The translations under genes were made by a program, and so were the position numbers. A stretch of DNA of 63,089 nt, filler included, from Choristocarpus tenellus KU-1152 (taxonomy: Eukaryota > Protista > Phaeophyceae), in NCBI GenBank assembly GCA_964200185.2. It is 10 parts of 10 records of this genome, joined end to end, with 100 filler letters (N's around TTAATTAATTAA, not from the genome) between each part and the next. Parts side by side here need not be neighbours in the genome. Positions count along the whole stretch, not along the records: positions 46,187 to 63,089 come from CAXNAD020000747.1; 9 more parts are not named here. The stretch is one strand, 5' to 3'. Positions 49,701 to 63,048 of the stretch are shown in pieces. The first letter of the stretch is position 1; the number at the start of each line of letters is the position of its first letter. The notes below the pieces were generated by a model. The model was given only the letters and a program-made list of their open reading frames with translations, searched no databases and was not told where the DNA came from.

Positions 49701-52700
49701 GTTCAAGAACACCTTGGAGTCATCTGCGCGTCCAAACCCGGCAACAAAGTCCACCTGGTCCTTTTCATAGTATCCCTGAGGATCAAGTTTGTGTTTGTGA
49801 GAGAGAAGGGGGGGGAGAGAGAGAGGAGCGACTTGTGTTGCTCAGTCAAACCCTCGTACAAGAATATCTCTGCCCTGCACATACAGGTCACATTGTGGCA
49901 TCTCTCCTTCCTATAAATTTTCAGAGGCATAAGATTATATTTAATATTCAGGACATGATGAACTCAAAAAGTAGTTAGTCACGTTTCTTTCTCTGATGCC
50001 AGCCTTTAGCCCATAGGGTCGTAGCGGGTTGGGGTTTAGCCTAGGTCATCCATTCGGGGCTTGACGGGGTATTGTAAGATACCCCAATCAGATGCTCGTG
50101 TTACAGGTGATTTTCCTTTGGACATGGTCCAGGCAAGTGGATGGAAAAGGAACGTATGTCCAGATGAACGAAATACACCTGACACGTTCACTCAAATGAC
50201 AAGAAAACCACTACAGGGTCACAAAGGCCCGAATGGACACATGGAACCCCTCTAGGATACTATAGGCCTCTACACGAACATCTCTGGTCCAAATCCCTCT
50301 CGACCAAGCCCTTTTCCTTCTTGCCTCCTGCACCTCATCTTTCATCGCTCCTCCCAACACCAAACTTTGTCACATTCATGTGGCCAGTTCCAAATTAGTC
50401 TGCAACACTACCTGTACAACTATGTATCACCTGTGTGCAGATAGGAGTACGGCAGTCAAAACCTGCCCAGCCCTTGCTACACTGACACACCCCAGGTGAT
50501 GTGCAGTTCCCACCATTTGCGCATACATACCTGCCCTCTGTCACATTATGGTACTCTGCCAGGGCCACCTTCCAAAAGGTGTCGAGGAGTGTAGGCAAAA
50601 TGTGAGAAGTAAAGTTTACTGTGCCCCATATTGTGGTGGAGTCAAGCGAAGACTGCTTCAAGACAACAATGTTCAAATGATCTAAAGCATTTAAGAGGGT
50701 AGGAGTTTTGCCCTGTTTGTCCGTTTCAGGCTTGGCTTCCCACGGGGTTTTTATGCCCTTTTTCGGTTTCTGCATGAACACAGTTACCTAAGATGTATAC
50801 GACTATGAAAGGTGTGTCCAGCGCAAGGATATAGACACTTGCTAACAAATATGATAGCCAAAATTAATCAAAATCGCAATATTGAATTTATGACCCTGAA
50901 TGGATGCTGCCCTACCCTCTTAAATGCTTTGGGTCCATAATATCAAAGTCTCCCCATGTGGTGAGTGACACACTCTTGTTACTCGTCGATATGAAGTTGA
51001 TGCAATGCCAACCAAGGTGAAGCATTGCTAGTACCAACCTGTCGGTCATAAGCCCATTCCCATGGAAGTGTCCTTCCCTCTACTGTGTCGTTATAGGCAG
51101 ACCAAGGATGACTAGGATATGCAATCCACTCGTATGGATGGAGCGGGCTGTACCTGTGTTCAGCGAAGGTTATTGATGTATTGTGAGTGTGTATGGATGC
51201 ATATATGAAGATACATGATCTGTGCTCCTTACAAATATTCCAACAGGAAAAGCTGTGCGAATACCCGGTTGTAACCTTTTGGGAATGTTGCAAGTAGCAC
51301 CTTGCCACTGTAAAAATTGAGGAGAGAATCTCCTGTGTCCACCTCAAAATCTCTTCTTCAACACTTGAATTTGGTAATATAGTGCTTCTTTTTTTGGATT
51401 GAGTGACTCAATAACAGCAAAATATCTAGAACAGACAGCCCAATTGATATGTGTACAGGAGCATCGAAGTGGCCAAAGAATGTCACACAGGCTAGTGTGA
51501 ACACAGTCCAAGAGTATCCATGGAGTGGAGACAATATGCCCAAAGGGGGAGATAGTCGTCCTTGTAGCTCACTCTTAGTTACTTTTTGTTATGTATCCCT
51601 AGAGTTTGTGGCGTCCCCCCAAAACTTCTGCTGTCGCTTGGTAGTACACCTACCACGGTGTTTTGTCCTTTTGTTTGGTGTGCACTAGAGGGGATGCTCT
51701 CACAAAATATGCTTTGTAGTTGCCTTTGTTCTGTTTTGATTTGATCACATTATGTCCATAGCCCAATGTGCCCAGAGTAGAACATAGAAGCTTCTTGACT
51801 TCATGTTTTTGGCAAGGGTTGATCATATAGTGTAGAATTGCTGCTAAGGTCCCTTTACCTAGCAAATCTCGTGGAAGAGTTGTCAGCAATAAGATAGGTG
51901 AAGGGAGATATCACATTCTCGCTCAATTCCAGCATCATGCAGCGATTGGGCTCTTCTGAAAAGCCTGTGATGTTTCTTGAGCTCTCCCATGCTATTGCAG
52001 TTGCCTCAGAAGACCAGTAGGGCTTTGGTTATGGCGAGGTCAGGTCAGGAGGATATTAACAAGGGCATTTCAGAGGGTGTACAATTGTATTGTAAGAGTC
52101 TTTAGTGCAGTAGCTACTTGATGAAACGTTCACACACCTGAGAGCAATGGAACCCATTTGTGCTATTGCACCAGACGTCGATATCACAGGGGACAAACTG
52201 CTGCCAATGCAGGGGGTGAGTATCGCTAGTGCCTCCAGAATCATTGAAACCGGGCAGGAAAAAGCCCTGGGAAAGGATAGTATTGTAGCAAAAAAATCAA
52301 TAACACCAAGGCAAAAGATGTTGGAATGGGATGGTGGAGGAGAAAATTTGCTGTTACAATGCAATCTTCATCTTTGCAATACCACTCGTTGCAGAAACTG
52401 TTTCGAAGACCTCGACTGCTCAATTTCAGGTGCCTGGCCCCACTGAAGAGATGCAGTAGGCGAAGGGGATCAAACACCATGTATATTGGACTAGATGACA
52501 AGCAACTGGTCTCTAAACCAATCAATGAATCAAAGTGAAGGGCACTCAGGTTTTGGGTGTTTTGCATTTAAGCCACTTTTTTCATCTCTTACACTTCATC
52601 CTTATTTTGATGGTTGAAGTGCTAAGATTGGCTTGAGAGCAGTGGTTTCTTTCTCATTGTCTAAATAATGTTTTACAGAAATCAGAAATATTTCTCTACA

Positions 52701-55700
52701 AATTTGTTCAAGAAGCCGAATTTTGCACATATTTGTCAGCGTCCTTAAAGTGCAACCCTGGGTACCTCTCGTTTACTTTGACTCGATACGAAAATGTCAT
52801 GCTAAGTGAGCACGATTGCTGGCATAAGAATAGCACAACTGATCTGATCCACCCTACATAATATTGTATTGGTCAGGACTGTATGGAATAAAATGGAATG
52901 ATCATGGCCAGGTTAAGGATAGTGTTGGGGAGGTGGGGCTTAGAGATAAGGAACGACATCATATCCCCCATTGAACATTAGCTTCATGAATGATGCCCTT
53001 CTGTTGGGGGTGCATGCATTTTTAGACCACCAAAAAGGGAAAAAATCACTGATACATGAATAGCGACACATTGAGCCCAGCTGATCGCACACCATTGAGA
53101 TATTTCTATCATAGCAAATAATTACAGCTACAGGTGCAAATATACAACAAGGAGAACAGTCCCAAGGATTTGAGTGTGCCATGAGGGGGCCAATGTGTCC
53201 TCTATTGAAAAGAGAAATGATCCCTAGCTGCACATTGTGTGCTATCTCTCCTTTCCACCCGCCAAGTCGACAACAGACCCAATCGACACAGCAGTGAACT
53301 TACTGACACCCTAACAAGAAGATCTGCACCTCTATCCCACATCTCTCCACCTATATTTTCCGCACCTGTGTGCACACAGGCATGGCACAGTCGTGCCCAG
53401 ACCACTGTGGGGGACATGAGCACGTATCAGGAGCCACACACATGCCTCCATTAAGGCATTCCTGACGACAAACAGGAGTCCGGCAATCCCCCCCTGACCA
53501 CCACGCAGGACAGGAGCAACTTCCTGGGGAGGTACAGTTCCCCCCATTCCCACAGGTCTGGGCGCAGACAGGAACTGTGCAGTTGGGACCAAACCAGCCG
53601 GTGGAACAGGAGCAGGTGTCTGGGGCCCAACAAGAGCCCTCATTCTGGCACTCTTGCACACACTGTGGCTGATTACAGTCTGATCCCGAATAGCCCGGAA
53701 TACAGGCACATTCCTCAGGTCCAACACATATCTTGGTGGAAATGTCACAATTTTGTGAGGTTGTGGGATTGGGGTGGGGACAAATGTGAGCCAAAGTATC
53801 TTAGAGGATAGAGCCGCGTCCATTTGGCGTCCAAAATCCTGTGCTGTGATTTTGATGTAATATTGGGTATCATGTTTGTTAGAAAGTGTCAATATCCTTG
53901 TTCCGGACACACCTTTTCATATCGTATACATTTTACCTACTCCAAAACATTTTGGAGTAGGAAATGTCATAAAAAGAGACCATAGGAAGACAAGCCCCAA
54001 ATGGACAAACATGGGAAAATTGTCTTCCTGTGATCTACATGCTAGCAAGCAGAAAGATGAATGCAACTGAAAGGGTGTGCATGCTGTTATTATCGCACGT
54101 AGAGTATTGTAAATATCTTGATATAGTGCAAAGTGAAACAATGCCGATAGTTGGCCAGTTTCGGGCCTATGCAGTCAATGGACCACTTTTAACTTTTAAT
54201 CCCGCCACAAGAAAGGGAGAACAACATGGCAACAATTGTACTCGAGAATCACTTCCCAAGAACCAATCTTTCCATCAGGAAAGTAAATCAAAACGAGGTT
54301 AGGCCTAATGTCTTTGTCCCTGGTGGAGTCATTCATCAGCTGGTTGGGGGCTAATTAGTGACTTGAGTGCACCAGAACTCTACTATTTTTTGGTTAATTA
54401 CTTGTTGTTAGGAATCTAATCAACAACCAAACTTCATAACCAAAATTGCAGACCAATATTGCTGCGAAAGGAAGCACAATCTCAGTCGATTCACAAATCT
54501 ACAATATCACAAGGTAAGGCATGTATACAAGGCCACACACCCAAAGTAACACTTAAGCACCCACTTCAAATACTCAATATGTACCCAGTTCTTACTTTTT
54601 GTGTTTCAGTGCACCAATAGCTCGTCTGCTGGCCTGCTCGATGCTATAAGTCTTCTACTCACCTGTTTTGTAAATTATCCTCATACCCCATTCAGTATGA
54701 GATATTGCTCCTTGCCTTTGTGTCGTAACAGATAGTGTAACAGATCTTCTTGGAGAAAAATACTACAATTACCATTTGCTTGAATTGCCTGTGCTTTGCA
54801 ACAAGTAAATAGGTAAGGATCCCCCCAACCACTATCCCATCCTACCCTACTGACGCTCCTTCATTCTAACTGCTTACCTCCCTAGATCCACATAGTCCGT
54901 CAGAGCATGTAGGAAGTGAGCAGTCATGTCCCACCCATCCCCCGGAACATGCACACTTATCTGAACCCACACATGTTCCATTATTCTCACACACAAAGGA
55001 GCACACTGCAGAAACAGCCCGGATTGCGTGGTTCCCAGAGTCCGCCACATAGAGATAGGTCTGGAGGAATCAATGATTTCCCATGCAAAGAGAACGAACA
55101 GAATTAAGGTCACGTAAGTAATTGGTAAGGTAGGAGCGAAGGAAATTGTGCTATGATCAACATTATTTAATCGAAAAATGCAATAGAATGGGAACCCATG
55201 AAATGTATTGTAGCAAGGGAAGTCTGATCCTCCTGTTGGCCAGGTTGACCCAAAGTATCTGGGGGAGGGGAAGGGTCTACACCAGAATGTCCATTTGGAC
55301 CAAAACCAGGAAGAGTGCGCTTTTATTATCCATCCAATGTATGGAACCAAATCACCCGAAAATCGCGACATGAGAAAATTGGTCCCAAATGGAGAGCCAC
55401 CACCACCCCCAGATACTTTGAGCCGTTTCGTCTGGATACATCACTGCCCCGCCTTCCTTTTCCCTCCCTCCCCCTCCACCCACACGCACATTGTCTGTGA
55501 GATTTCCTGGTCTCCAAGCATCCATGCCAAAGGGTCTATCGAAGACAGCTTCTTGTGGGGGCTGCCCATCTGTCACTGGCCCACATCCCTCCCCGAGCGG
55601 GCCCATGGGACGGCCAGCAATAGTTTGTGCCAGAACCTCAGCGATTGACGAACTGTTTGAAACTCCATCTGCATTTCTAGCCCTAGATATGAAAGTAAAC

Positions 55701-58700
55701 ACCCTTGGCCATCTATAGGGAACGTCTCCTGAGGTTACCCCATTGGAAGTAGACCCAGCCCTATCGGTATCATTGTCCCCTGCTGCAAGTGTGCCTGGTC
55801 TCAATAGGGCTGTTACAACACCCCCTTCCCCAAGCCCATCATCCCCAGTGCCAAGCACTCCTGCATGCAATGCAGCTAGGCAGACAGCACTTTCATCCGA
55901 ATAGAAACGGAGTCCCCCTCCACCACCACCTCCCCAAACAATGTTTCCACTACCTGCTGCTGTTGTAGCCGACAAGCAACCTACTGGACAGGACAACCTC
56001 ACCTCTGTGCCATCCCCAGTGTCCTCTTTGATGGAAGTAAGGCCGTCATCAACAACAAGGTTGAGTCCAGATCCATTTAAATTCTCCTTATCCAGAAGAG
56101 TCACTGGGGGTGTCCCCACACAGTCTTTCACCTCCCGACCCACTGATTCCCACGCAGCATCATCAGGTGAGGCTCCTGCTTGATTGTCCTTCCCACCCCA
56201 GCCCTCACTATTGAAGCCAGCATCATCATCCCCAGTCCTCCCTGGAGCTCTGGTGCCATTGCTTCCATATGCCCGGTTGTAGAAGATGTTACCAAAGAGA
56301 GAGGTTGCAGTCTTTCCCCTGCCACCAACTGGGGGGTCGTACGATCCACAACCTGATGGTCGCAGTGCCTCTACAAACCTAGATAAGCAAGTAGCATTGG
56401 CAGCAACTAGGGAGGATGGAGCCACCCTCCGAAGACGGCATGATGCAGATTCTGCCACATATATCATACCATCGCTGGTTGTAGCCACCCCTGAGGGCCT
56501 TGACAGTTGGGCATAATCTCCAGTCCCATCGTTCATACCAGGTGATGCCCCACCAACCACAGTCGTCACTCGACCCTCATGGCCAATACCCTGGATGAGG
56601 GTATGGGGGGGGGACTCAGGCATTGCAACACGGCGAATGCTGTGCAGTTCGGAGACCAGGAGGGTACTGTTCACCCCAATTGCCACATCAGAGGGGTAAT
56701 TGAACCTGCCCTAGCATGTTGAGTGGTATAAGGTTGAGAAGAGAGTGGAGATATTGAGGGTATGAATAGGAAGAATAAGATGAGGGGAGGTAGGTGGGTG
56801 TGAGGCAAGGTGGGCAAGCTTCTTAGGAGCACACATCATGTAAGTGGAAGAAGTGGACAGAGGGTACGCTCAAGAAGTGGGAAAAGGGAGGTTCACAAAT
56901 GTAGTGGGAGGTTGGCGGAATTAAAGAGTTGTAGGGGGCTGGAGGGAAAAGCAATGTTGTGGGTGGACAAGAGAGAGTGGAATGCATAGGGGAGGTGAGG
57001 ATTTTCACATTGCACACAAACCTTGCATGGGTGAGATTGCCATCACGGTGACCAGCTACCCCCTCCAGACACGGAGGTTGGCAACCGGGCGTAGAGATTC
57101 CAGCAACGATCTCCGCTGGCTTCAGCTCACCAGCCAGAGTCCCTACTGTCCGGTTTTGCAAGACTATCCGAATCTATGACATTTATTGCAGCAAGCAATT
57201 TCAGTTTGCATGAGTTTGTATGTTATACCGATTGGTTTTTTGATTAGAGATCTCACTTCCTTTGGGGGACTTGTAGAATGATACACGATATATACTAGAT
57301 GGTCTAGTGGACAAGTCACTCTTCAACATCTTTGCTGTAAGTAATATTATTGCCAATAATATTCCTACTTACTACGACTTCCACAAGCAGGGGAGAGAGG
57401 AGTTAGAGGAATGAGAAAAAGCTTTGTCAGCTGTGACAACAGAGATAAATAAGAGTAGTAATAGGATTTACTTGTGATTCAAGAGGACTTGTGGCTTACA
57501 ACTACAACCAGTCCAGCTCTTGCAATTTAATCACAAATTATCGCCCACGTCACAGTACAAGGCCATATGTTTAAGTGCAGACTTCAAGTGTTGCAGCTGG
57601 GAGAAAATAGGCGCTTCAGCTCATGAAGAGCCCTTCTGGAGTTAGTTTTTTTATACTTACATTGTACACCTGAATGTACATGTAATCGCATGCGGTCCAG
57701 AGAGGAACGTTTGGAAGCATGTGCGTAGAGATGGCATGCGGAATAACTGAATGTTCATTAGGAAAAAAAAACACCCATCAGGTAATCATGATAAAAATTG
57801 GATATGGCTGATTGCAATTGATGCTGGTTCACAACTCTACTGTATAGTTATTTGTTTGCTCTGCATGGGTGATTGATACTGCAAAGATGGTATGAAGTCC
57901 CAAGCAAAAAATCATATCCAACTCCAGCTTCTTCCCATCCATCCTCTAGTTCTGAGGCTGTTGGTGCCAAAATGTATCCCTGACATTCTCATGTATACGA
58001 GTGGAGGAATGTGACTGAACCCTCACCATACACTGACGTTGTGAGTGAGAGAACAGGGATTGTAGAAGAATTTGTGCACCCCATTGGCCTGTTTCAATAC
58101 ATAGACCATTCCATAAGTATAAATGTTATGCTTCACACATGCCATTTTGTATATATTTGAACTGACATCCACACCCTGCTTTATCTTCAACTCCAACCCT
58201 GGAACAGTACTAAACCCAACCTGGAGCTGAAGCAAAAACCTAAATTTAACCTTAACCATACCTAAGCCCACAAATACATCAACTCAATAGCTTCAACCTA
58301 CTAATAACAATGTAGACCTCATATTAAGCTAATACCCTGCCCCAACCTCGGAGACACAGCTAGCTCTATCCCATACTAACTTGCAAGCATTCCCTCCTTC
58401 CCTCACTAACCACGTATGAAAAAACACGAACTCCCATTCCAAGTCTGTCAAAGGTACCCAATGCCCCCAACGCCTTGCAAATCAAATCACAATTCCCTTT
58501 CTCTAAATGCTTACAATGTGGTTGTTGGTATCTGCCACAAATAGTGTCCCGTCATCAGCAGCAACAAGTCCTGTAGGTCCATCAAAGCGAGCAATATCTC
58601 CATCCCCATCTGCAAATCCCGCTTCAGGAGAAGCTTCCTTACCCTCCAGTGTAGCTGTCTCTGTTCCGTTCCCACACCTGTCATGTCAGACCACCGGTTG

Positions 58701-61700
58701 GAGTTGTGCATTTTGTTAATGAGGAGGGTGGTGGTCTGTTTGGACTGGGTAGGTAGACTGACTATGGTTGGAGGCAATGAAGGATTGATGGGGACATACT
58801 CAGGACTCGGTCAGTGGCACAGTGGTGGAAAGGGAGATAGGAACAGTAGATTCGCAGGAGTAATGGGGAGGGGGAGGAAGAGATTGTAACATATCATTTT
58901 CTTATGTCTAACCCAATGATTTGGTGTCCCAAGATCAGGTACAATAAAACTAAGTAACATACAGTATTTCATTCATCATATATTAATTTTAGGACTCCCA
59001 GGTCACTGGGTCTGGGTGATGCGAAAACGAGCACCCACTGGTTTCCCACCTTTCTTACCTCCCAGCATAGCATTCCACTGTCCCAGATGCATCCGAGATA
59101 TTGCCGTAAATCCGTCGAATCCGGTGATTGTTTTTATCTGCCACAAAAATTACCAAGGCTGGAGACACAGGGATGTCGTTGGGTGTAAATCCGACACTGC
59201 TCACTAGAGACTGTTGCACGAGCTCAGACAAGGCGCCCAAAAGAAAGGGTGAGGAAGTACCTATGATTGATAACTGTGGTGCCTGAAATGTTTCCTTATT
59301 TGATGTTACTTTGCTGAGCCAGAGTTTACATCAAACACACGTATTTGTTACATCATTTTGAACAGGTGTGAACATATGGCACAGTTCATAGCTAAAATCT
59401 GGTCGAGTGGTACTTGAAATTCATTTGGTTTGAATGAGACATATTGTAGAAGGACTAAAGACTTTGTGAGATGGCAATAATCTGGTTCCTCACGTGGAAT
59501 GGTCCGAGTTGAAAACTGTCCAATGGACACAGTCTGTCAAGATAGATTCAGTGCGATATCAAACAATATGGCTGCCTATATGTCTCTTTGCAAACTATTC
59601 ATAGGTAAGGAGATGACATCGTTTTGTGCTGTGAACGATGTTATTAAGACGAAGTTGGGAATAAAGCCTCAAGAAACACAATAAAAATGCTCTCTTTATC
59701 AAAGACACCATTGTGTCCTGTTTTTTTTTTCTTCTTTTGTTCTATTTTACATCCATCTAATGTGGATAGTGTTGTGGTGACGCGGTTGGTTAATCAGATA
59801 AATGCATTCAATATAGAAATGTCTTTAATACTATCTGTACTCGTAAGAAAGAAAAAAGGAGACATCGAACCTATTCCACTGCATGGCGATTGATAATGGA
59901 CTTATCCAGTTCATGAGCCTGTGTAATCCGTGGGTGAGTATTGTTTATCCTCCTGCCCCCCCCCCAAAAAAAATACGTTGTGTCTAAATACCAACAAGGA
60001 TCGTCTTCTTGGATCTGGATTGGAGAGTCAAAGTTTCGATTCAACACATCCCTTGACTCACCATTCCCGCACCTGACCATTTTTGTTTGGTAAATGTACT
60101 AGGGGCCTGAGTGAAAGTATCTTATTAAGAGAGGGTACGATTTTTGCCCTATTTGTCCGTTTGGAGCTTGACTTCCCATGGGTTTCTTTTGACATTTACC
60201 CTACTCCGAAATGTTTCGGAGAAGTTGAAACGGATACGTTATGATATGGTGTGTCTGGAACAAGGATATCAACACTTCCTAACAAGCACGACAGCCAAAA
60301 TTACATCAAAATCGCAACAATGGATTTTGGCCCCCAAATGGAAGCGACTCTACCCTAACCCTAAGATACTTTGACTCGCCTGCTACATGTGATACGCACA
60401 TCCAATGATATATATATTGTTTGTACTTGTTATGTTGTAGTCTTGTAAACACCATTGTTCCACAGTTGATCTTGGTATCCTGGGTGTTCAAAGGACTTCA
60501 GAGTAGTACATATCTTTCCACAAGGGAAAACAAGAACGCAGCTCTCTCTCTCTCTCTCTCTCTTTCTTTCTCTCTCTCCAGATTGTTCCTATGCCATTAG
60601 GATTGATCTTGAAATGCCATTGATCGTAAAGGAGAGGTACATAGAGAAATGGGCTACCTTCTGTACGCACACAAGGACGCATACACACCATCCCCTGCTC
60701 AACCTGCTCACTTTCATCTTCATCGTAGTACACTGCCACCCCAGTTGGAGATGAGAAAGAGGCCTCAAGGGCAGTACCATCATCGTGACCCACGGTGCCA
60801 TCTCCAGCTATTGTTGAAACCACACCCTACAAACACAACAAACGACATCGCGTAACAAAAGAGGGGGGAGGGGACAGGGTAGCAAGTATTATCAGAGTTG
60901 GAGTGTGCTAGAAGCCAGAAACGTGTGCAGTGAAGAGGAGTTCCAAAGGCCTTTGGAACGGAGTTGGTGGGGTACATGCAATGAAAATAGCTAGAAAATA
61001 GGGGTAGGTTTGAGCTCAGGAGAGGACCCAGGAGGTGAGTGCGTTGAGAGGGAAAGTGATATGTTGTTGGGTAAGGATTGAAAATAATTCAGAGCAAGTC
61101 AAGGCAATTGAAGGGTAGGGCTGTGTCCATTTGGAGTCGTAAATCCAACGTTGCAATTTCAATGAATTTTGGCTATTGTGTTTGTTAGCAAGTGTCAATA
61201 TCATTGCTCCCGACACACTATCCATAGCCGTATACATTTTAGGTAACTGTTCATACAGAAACCGAGAAAGGGAATAAAAAGCCTGTGGGAAGTCAAGCCC
61301 CAAAAGGACAAACATGACAAAACTCCTACCCTCTTAAATGCTTTGACTCAGCCAAAGTATCAAAGAGAGTTGTGGATTTTGATCATTTTGATCAGAAGGG
61401 TGCCAATAAAATGTTGTGTCCCTTTTCCATAGCTCTGATCACAAATCCCCATTAGGAGTCTGTGGATGTAGAATGTGTATCCAGATCAAGGAAATTTTCC
61501 ATTTCCCAAATTCACCATCCCGGACAAAATATCAAATTCAGAAGGAAGTCACAGAGGCCCCTAACCCTAACCCATTATGATCAAACAGCACTACAATCTA
61601 GGGTACTTCTGAACCCAGCTGTTATTGCCAACGGTTTGTACTCTAATGGCCAAGCAAGATTTCAGCAGCATCTAAATGGGCAACAAAATTATATCAAAAT

Positions 61701-62696
61701 GGCATTAGCCCCTGCCATAATGTGTGGCACTTGCTGCTCTCGAAGCATTGACATATTAGTCTTCTCATTGATTACACCTCGACAACATTGAAATAGAACT
61801 TACTTTGGGGGTGACCATGCGTATTCGGTGGTTTCCTGTGTCGGCAACGTACACATTTCCCTCCACATCTACAGCCACATCCTGTGCATGTGATGGGTTG
61901 GGGTTAGGATCGCTGTAAAGAGGCAAGCACATTGAGGGGATTCCAAGATCCGCAAGTTTATGACTGCCTATGACCAGCACATATACTGCATAGTATGTGA
62001 GGCAAGAGTGGCTGTTGTTATAGCTGTGATTCAACTGAGTTTGTGGCATATTGAATGGCAATGAGGTTGGATGAGTCCTGGTAAAGCAATTAAAGCGTGA
62101 AACAAAGTTTGAGTCCTAGCTCTAAAGTATGCAGTTCTCTGTAGAAAAAGAGAATCCCTCAGTTGGTTGGCGAGAGGCTCTGTAGGAGAAGAAAACAATT
62201 AGGGCGTCTCTCATTCTGGTCAATTTTCCCAAATGAAAATAGGGTGTTATTGTGGGAAGGGCTTCTGGATGTAACATTTTACTACATCCCCACGAATTTC
62301 CCGAAGCACCTTGAAAATGATGTACACACTGTTTCATCCATGTGGATCAGTTAAGTGTACAGCCCCAGGTACTTAATTTATTGTATTGTGGAGATAACAA
62401 GGTGCAAGTGGATACATTTGGTGCCAATTCCCAATTTAGGAGTTACAATACTGAAAAGGTGTAAGAGGTCCTTTGAAACAGTAGGGTATTTCCAAGAAAA
62501 ATGCACCCTCTAATGAGTGACTATCATCCCAAATTATCCCCTCTTCTAATGGACATACAACGTTTGGGGGAGTAAATTTCGGGAATAAGGCGACCAAAAG
62601 AAGTTTCACCTGTGGGTCCTGAAACAGTGCGTCTTCCCCCACCCCATCAGCAAACCCTGCGCTACCAGACCCCCCTGCAAGGGTGAACACATATCC
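46721..62696 (-). CDS. Large multi-exon, probably extracellular protein: NHL repeats + LCCL + EGF-like repeats (both ends outside the contig)
   Basis: Approximate exons: 62696-62610, 61881-61804, 60826-60689, ~59155-59059, 58677-58515, ~57173-57021, ~56705-55490, 55060-54878, 53731-53366, ~51956-51859, ~51153-51039, ~50568-50431, ~49775-49576, ~48998-48875, ~47823-47750, ~47456-47305, ~46828-46721. Motifs: YVADTGNHRIR, FVADTNNHIIR and GFADG..ARF (NHL); CPVGC..VWG..YSDESAVCLAALHAGV (LCCL); repeated CxNGGxCxxPxxCxCxxxWxGxDC (EGF). Confidence 0.88.
47893..48152 (+). mobile_element. MITE family A, TSD TGT (3 bp)
   Basis: gagccaaagtatcttagaggata ... taccctctaagatactttcactc. Confidence 0.93.
48394..48622 (-). 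mobile_element. MITE family B (48394-48570) abutting a family C terminal piece (48570-48622)
   Basis: gacccaaagtatctgg...gagatactttgagcc then agggtcaaaaaaggacgccgg..ccagatactttgaccctg. Confidence 0.85.
50679..50935 (-). mobile_element. MITE family A variant (A2; TIR core aaagcatttaagagggtag)
   Basis: gatctaaagcatttaagagggtagg ... cctaccctcttaaatgctttgggtc; interior homologous to family A. Confidence 0.85.
52527..52784 (-). mobile_element. MITE family D, second copy
   Basis: Ends gggtacctctcgtttactttgactc; interior resembles the reverse complement of 45070-45332. Confidence 0.75.
53788..54020 (+). mobile_element. MITE family A with right TIR missing; sister of 47893-48152
   Basis: Shares diagnostic variants gaggatag, ggcgtcc, aagagacc and catgggaaaatt with the 47893 copy. 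Confidence 0.9.
55247..55424 (-). mobile_element. MITE family B, TSD GTT (3 bp)
   Basis: gacccaaagtatctgggg ... ccccagatactttgagcc; GTT flanks both ends. Confidence 0.93.
60109..60377 (-). mobile_element. MITE family A, TSD GCCT (4 bp); one TIR carries CCCTAACCCTAA
   Basis: gagtgaaagtatctta... taccctaaccctaagatactttgactc. Confidence 0.9.
61096..61349 (+). mobile_element. MITE family A2, TSD AGC (3 bp), nested in the terminus of another element
   Basis: Ends cctaccctcttaaatgctttgactc; AGC flanks both ends. Confidence 0.85.
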
Positions 62697-62864
62697 CTGC
62701 GGGTTGAAGACGGGACTAGCAGCATTCGGGCTGTAGGAGTCTATCAGTTTCTGTGTCAACCAGGGAAAAGGCAATTGGGACAGGCAGGGCAAGGAGTCAA
62801 AGTAAGCAAGAGGGTATACATAGTTGCATTTTATTTATTTGCACTTTTAGGATGCCGAGCAAAA

Positions 62865-63048
62865 GGTTCCAAGTATCTGGGAGGGGTTGGCGGCTGTCCA
62901 TTTGGGGGCAATTTTTTAATGTCGCGATTTTTGGGTGACTTGGTTGCATACGTTGGATGGATACACTGTAAATGCACTTTTCCTGATTTTGACCCAAATG
63001 GACCCCCTGGTGTAGACCCCCCCCCCCCCCCCCCCCCCACTCTGGGTC
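62865..63048 (+). mobile_element. MITE family B
   Basis: ggttccaagtatctggg...ctgtccatttggggg...ctggtgtagacccc...ctctgggtc. Confidence 0.88.

Noticed and set aside
47746-53910. Paralogous ORFs beginning MSGTRILTL... (47746-48015, 53332-53910) and other ...YPLRYFHS / SESILEGT peptides
   Set aside because: They are translations of MITE family A sequence, not a gene family.
5931-63048. MITEs acting as introners (intron-generating elements)
   Set aside because: No copy coincides with intron boundaries; they sit inside longer introns, in intergenic DNA or in dead TEs, and the one exonic copy truncates the ORF.
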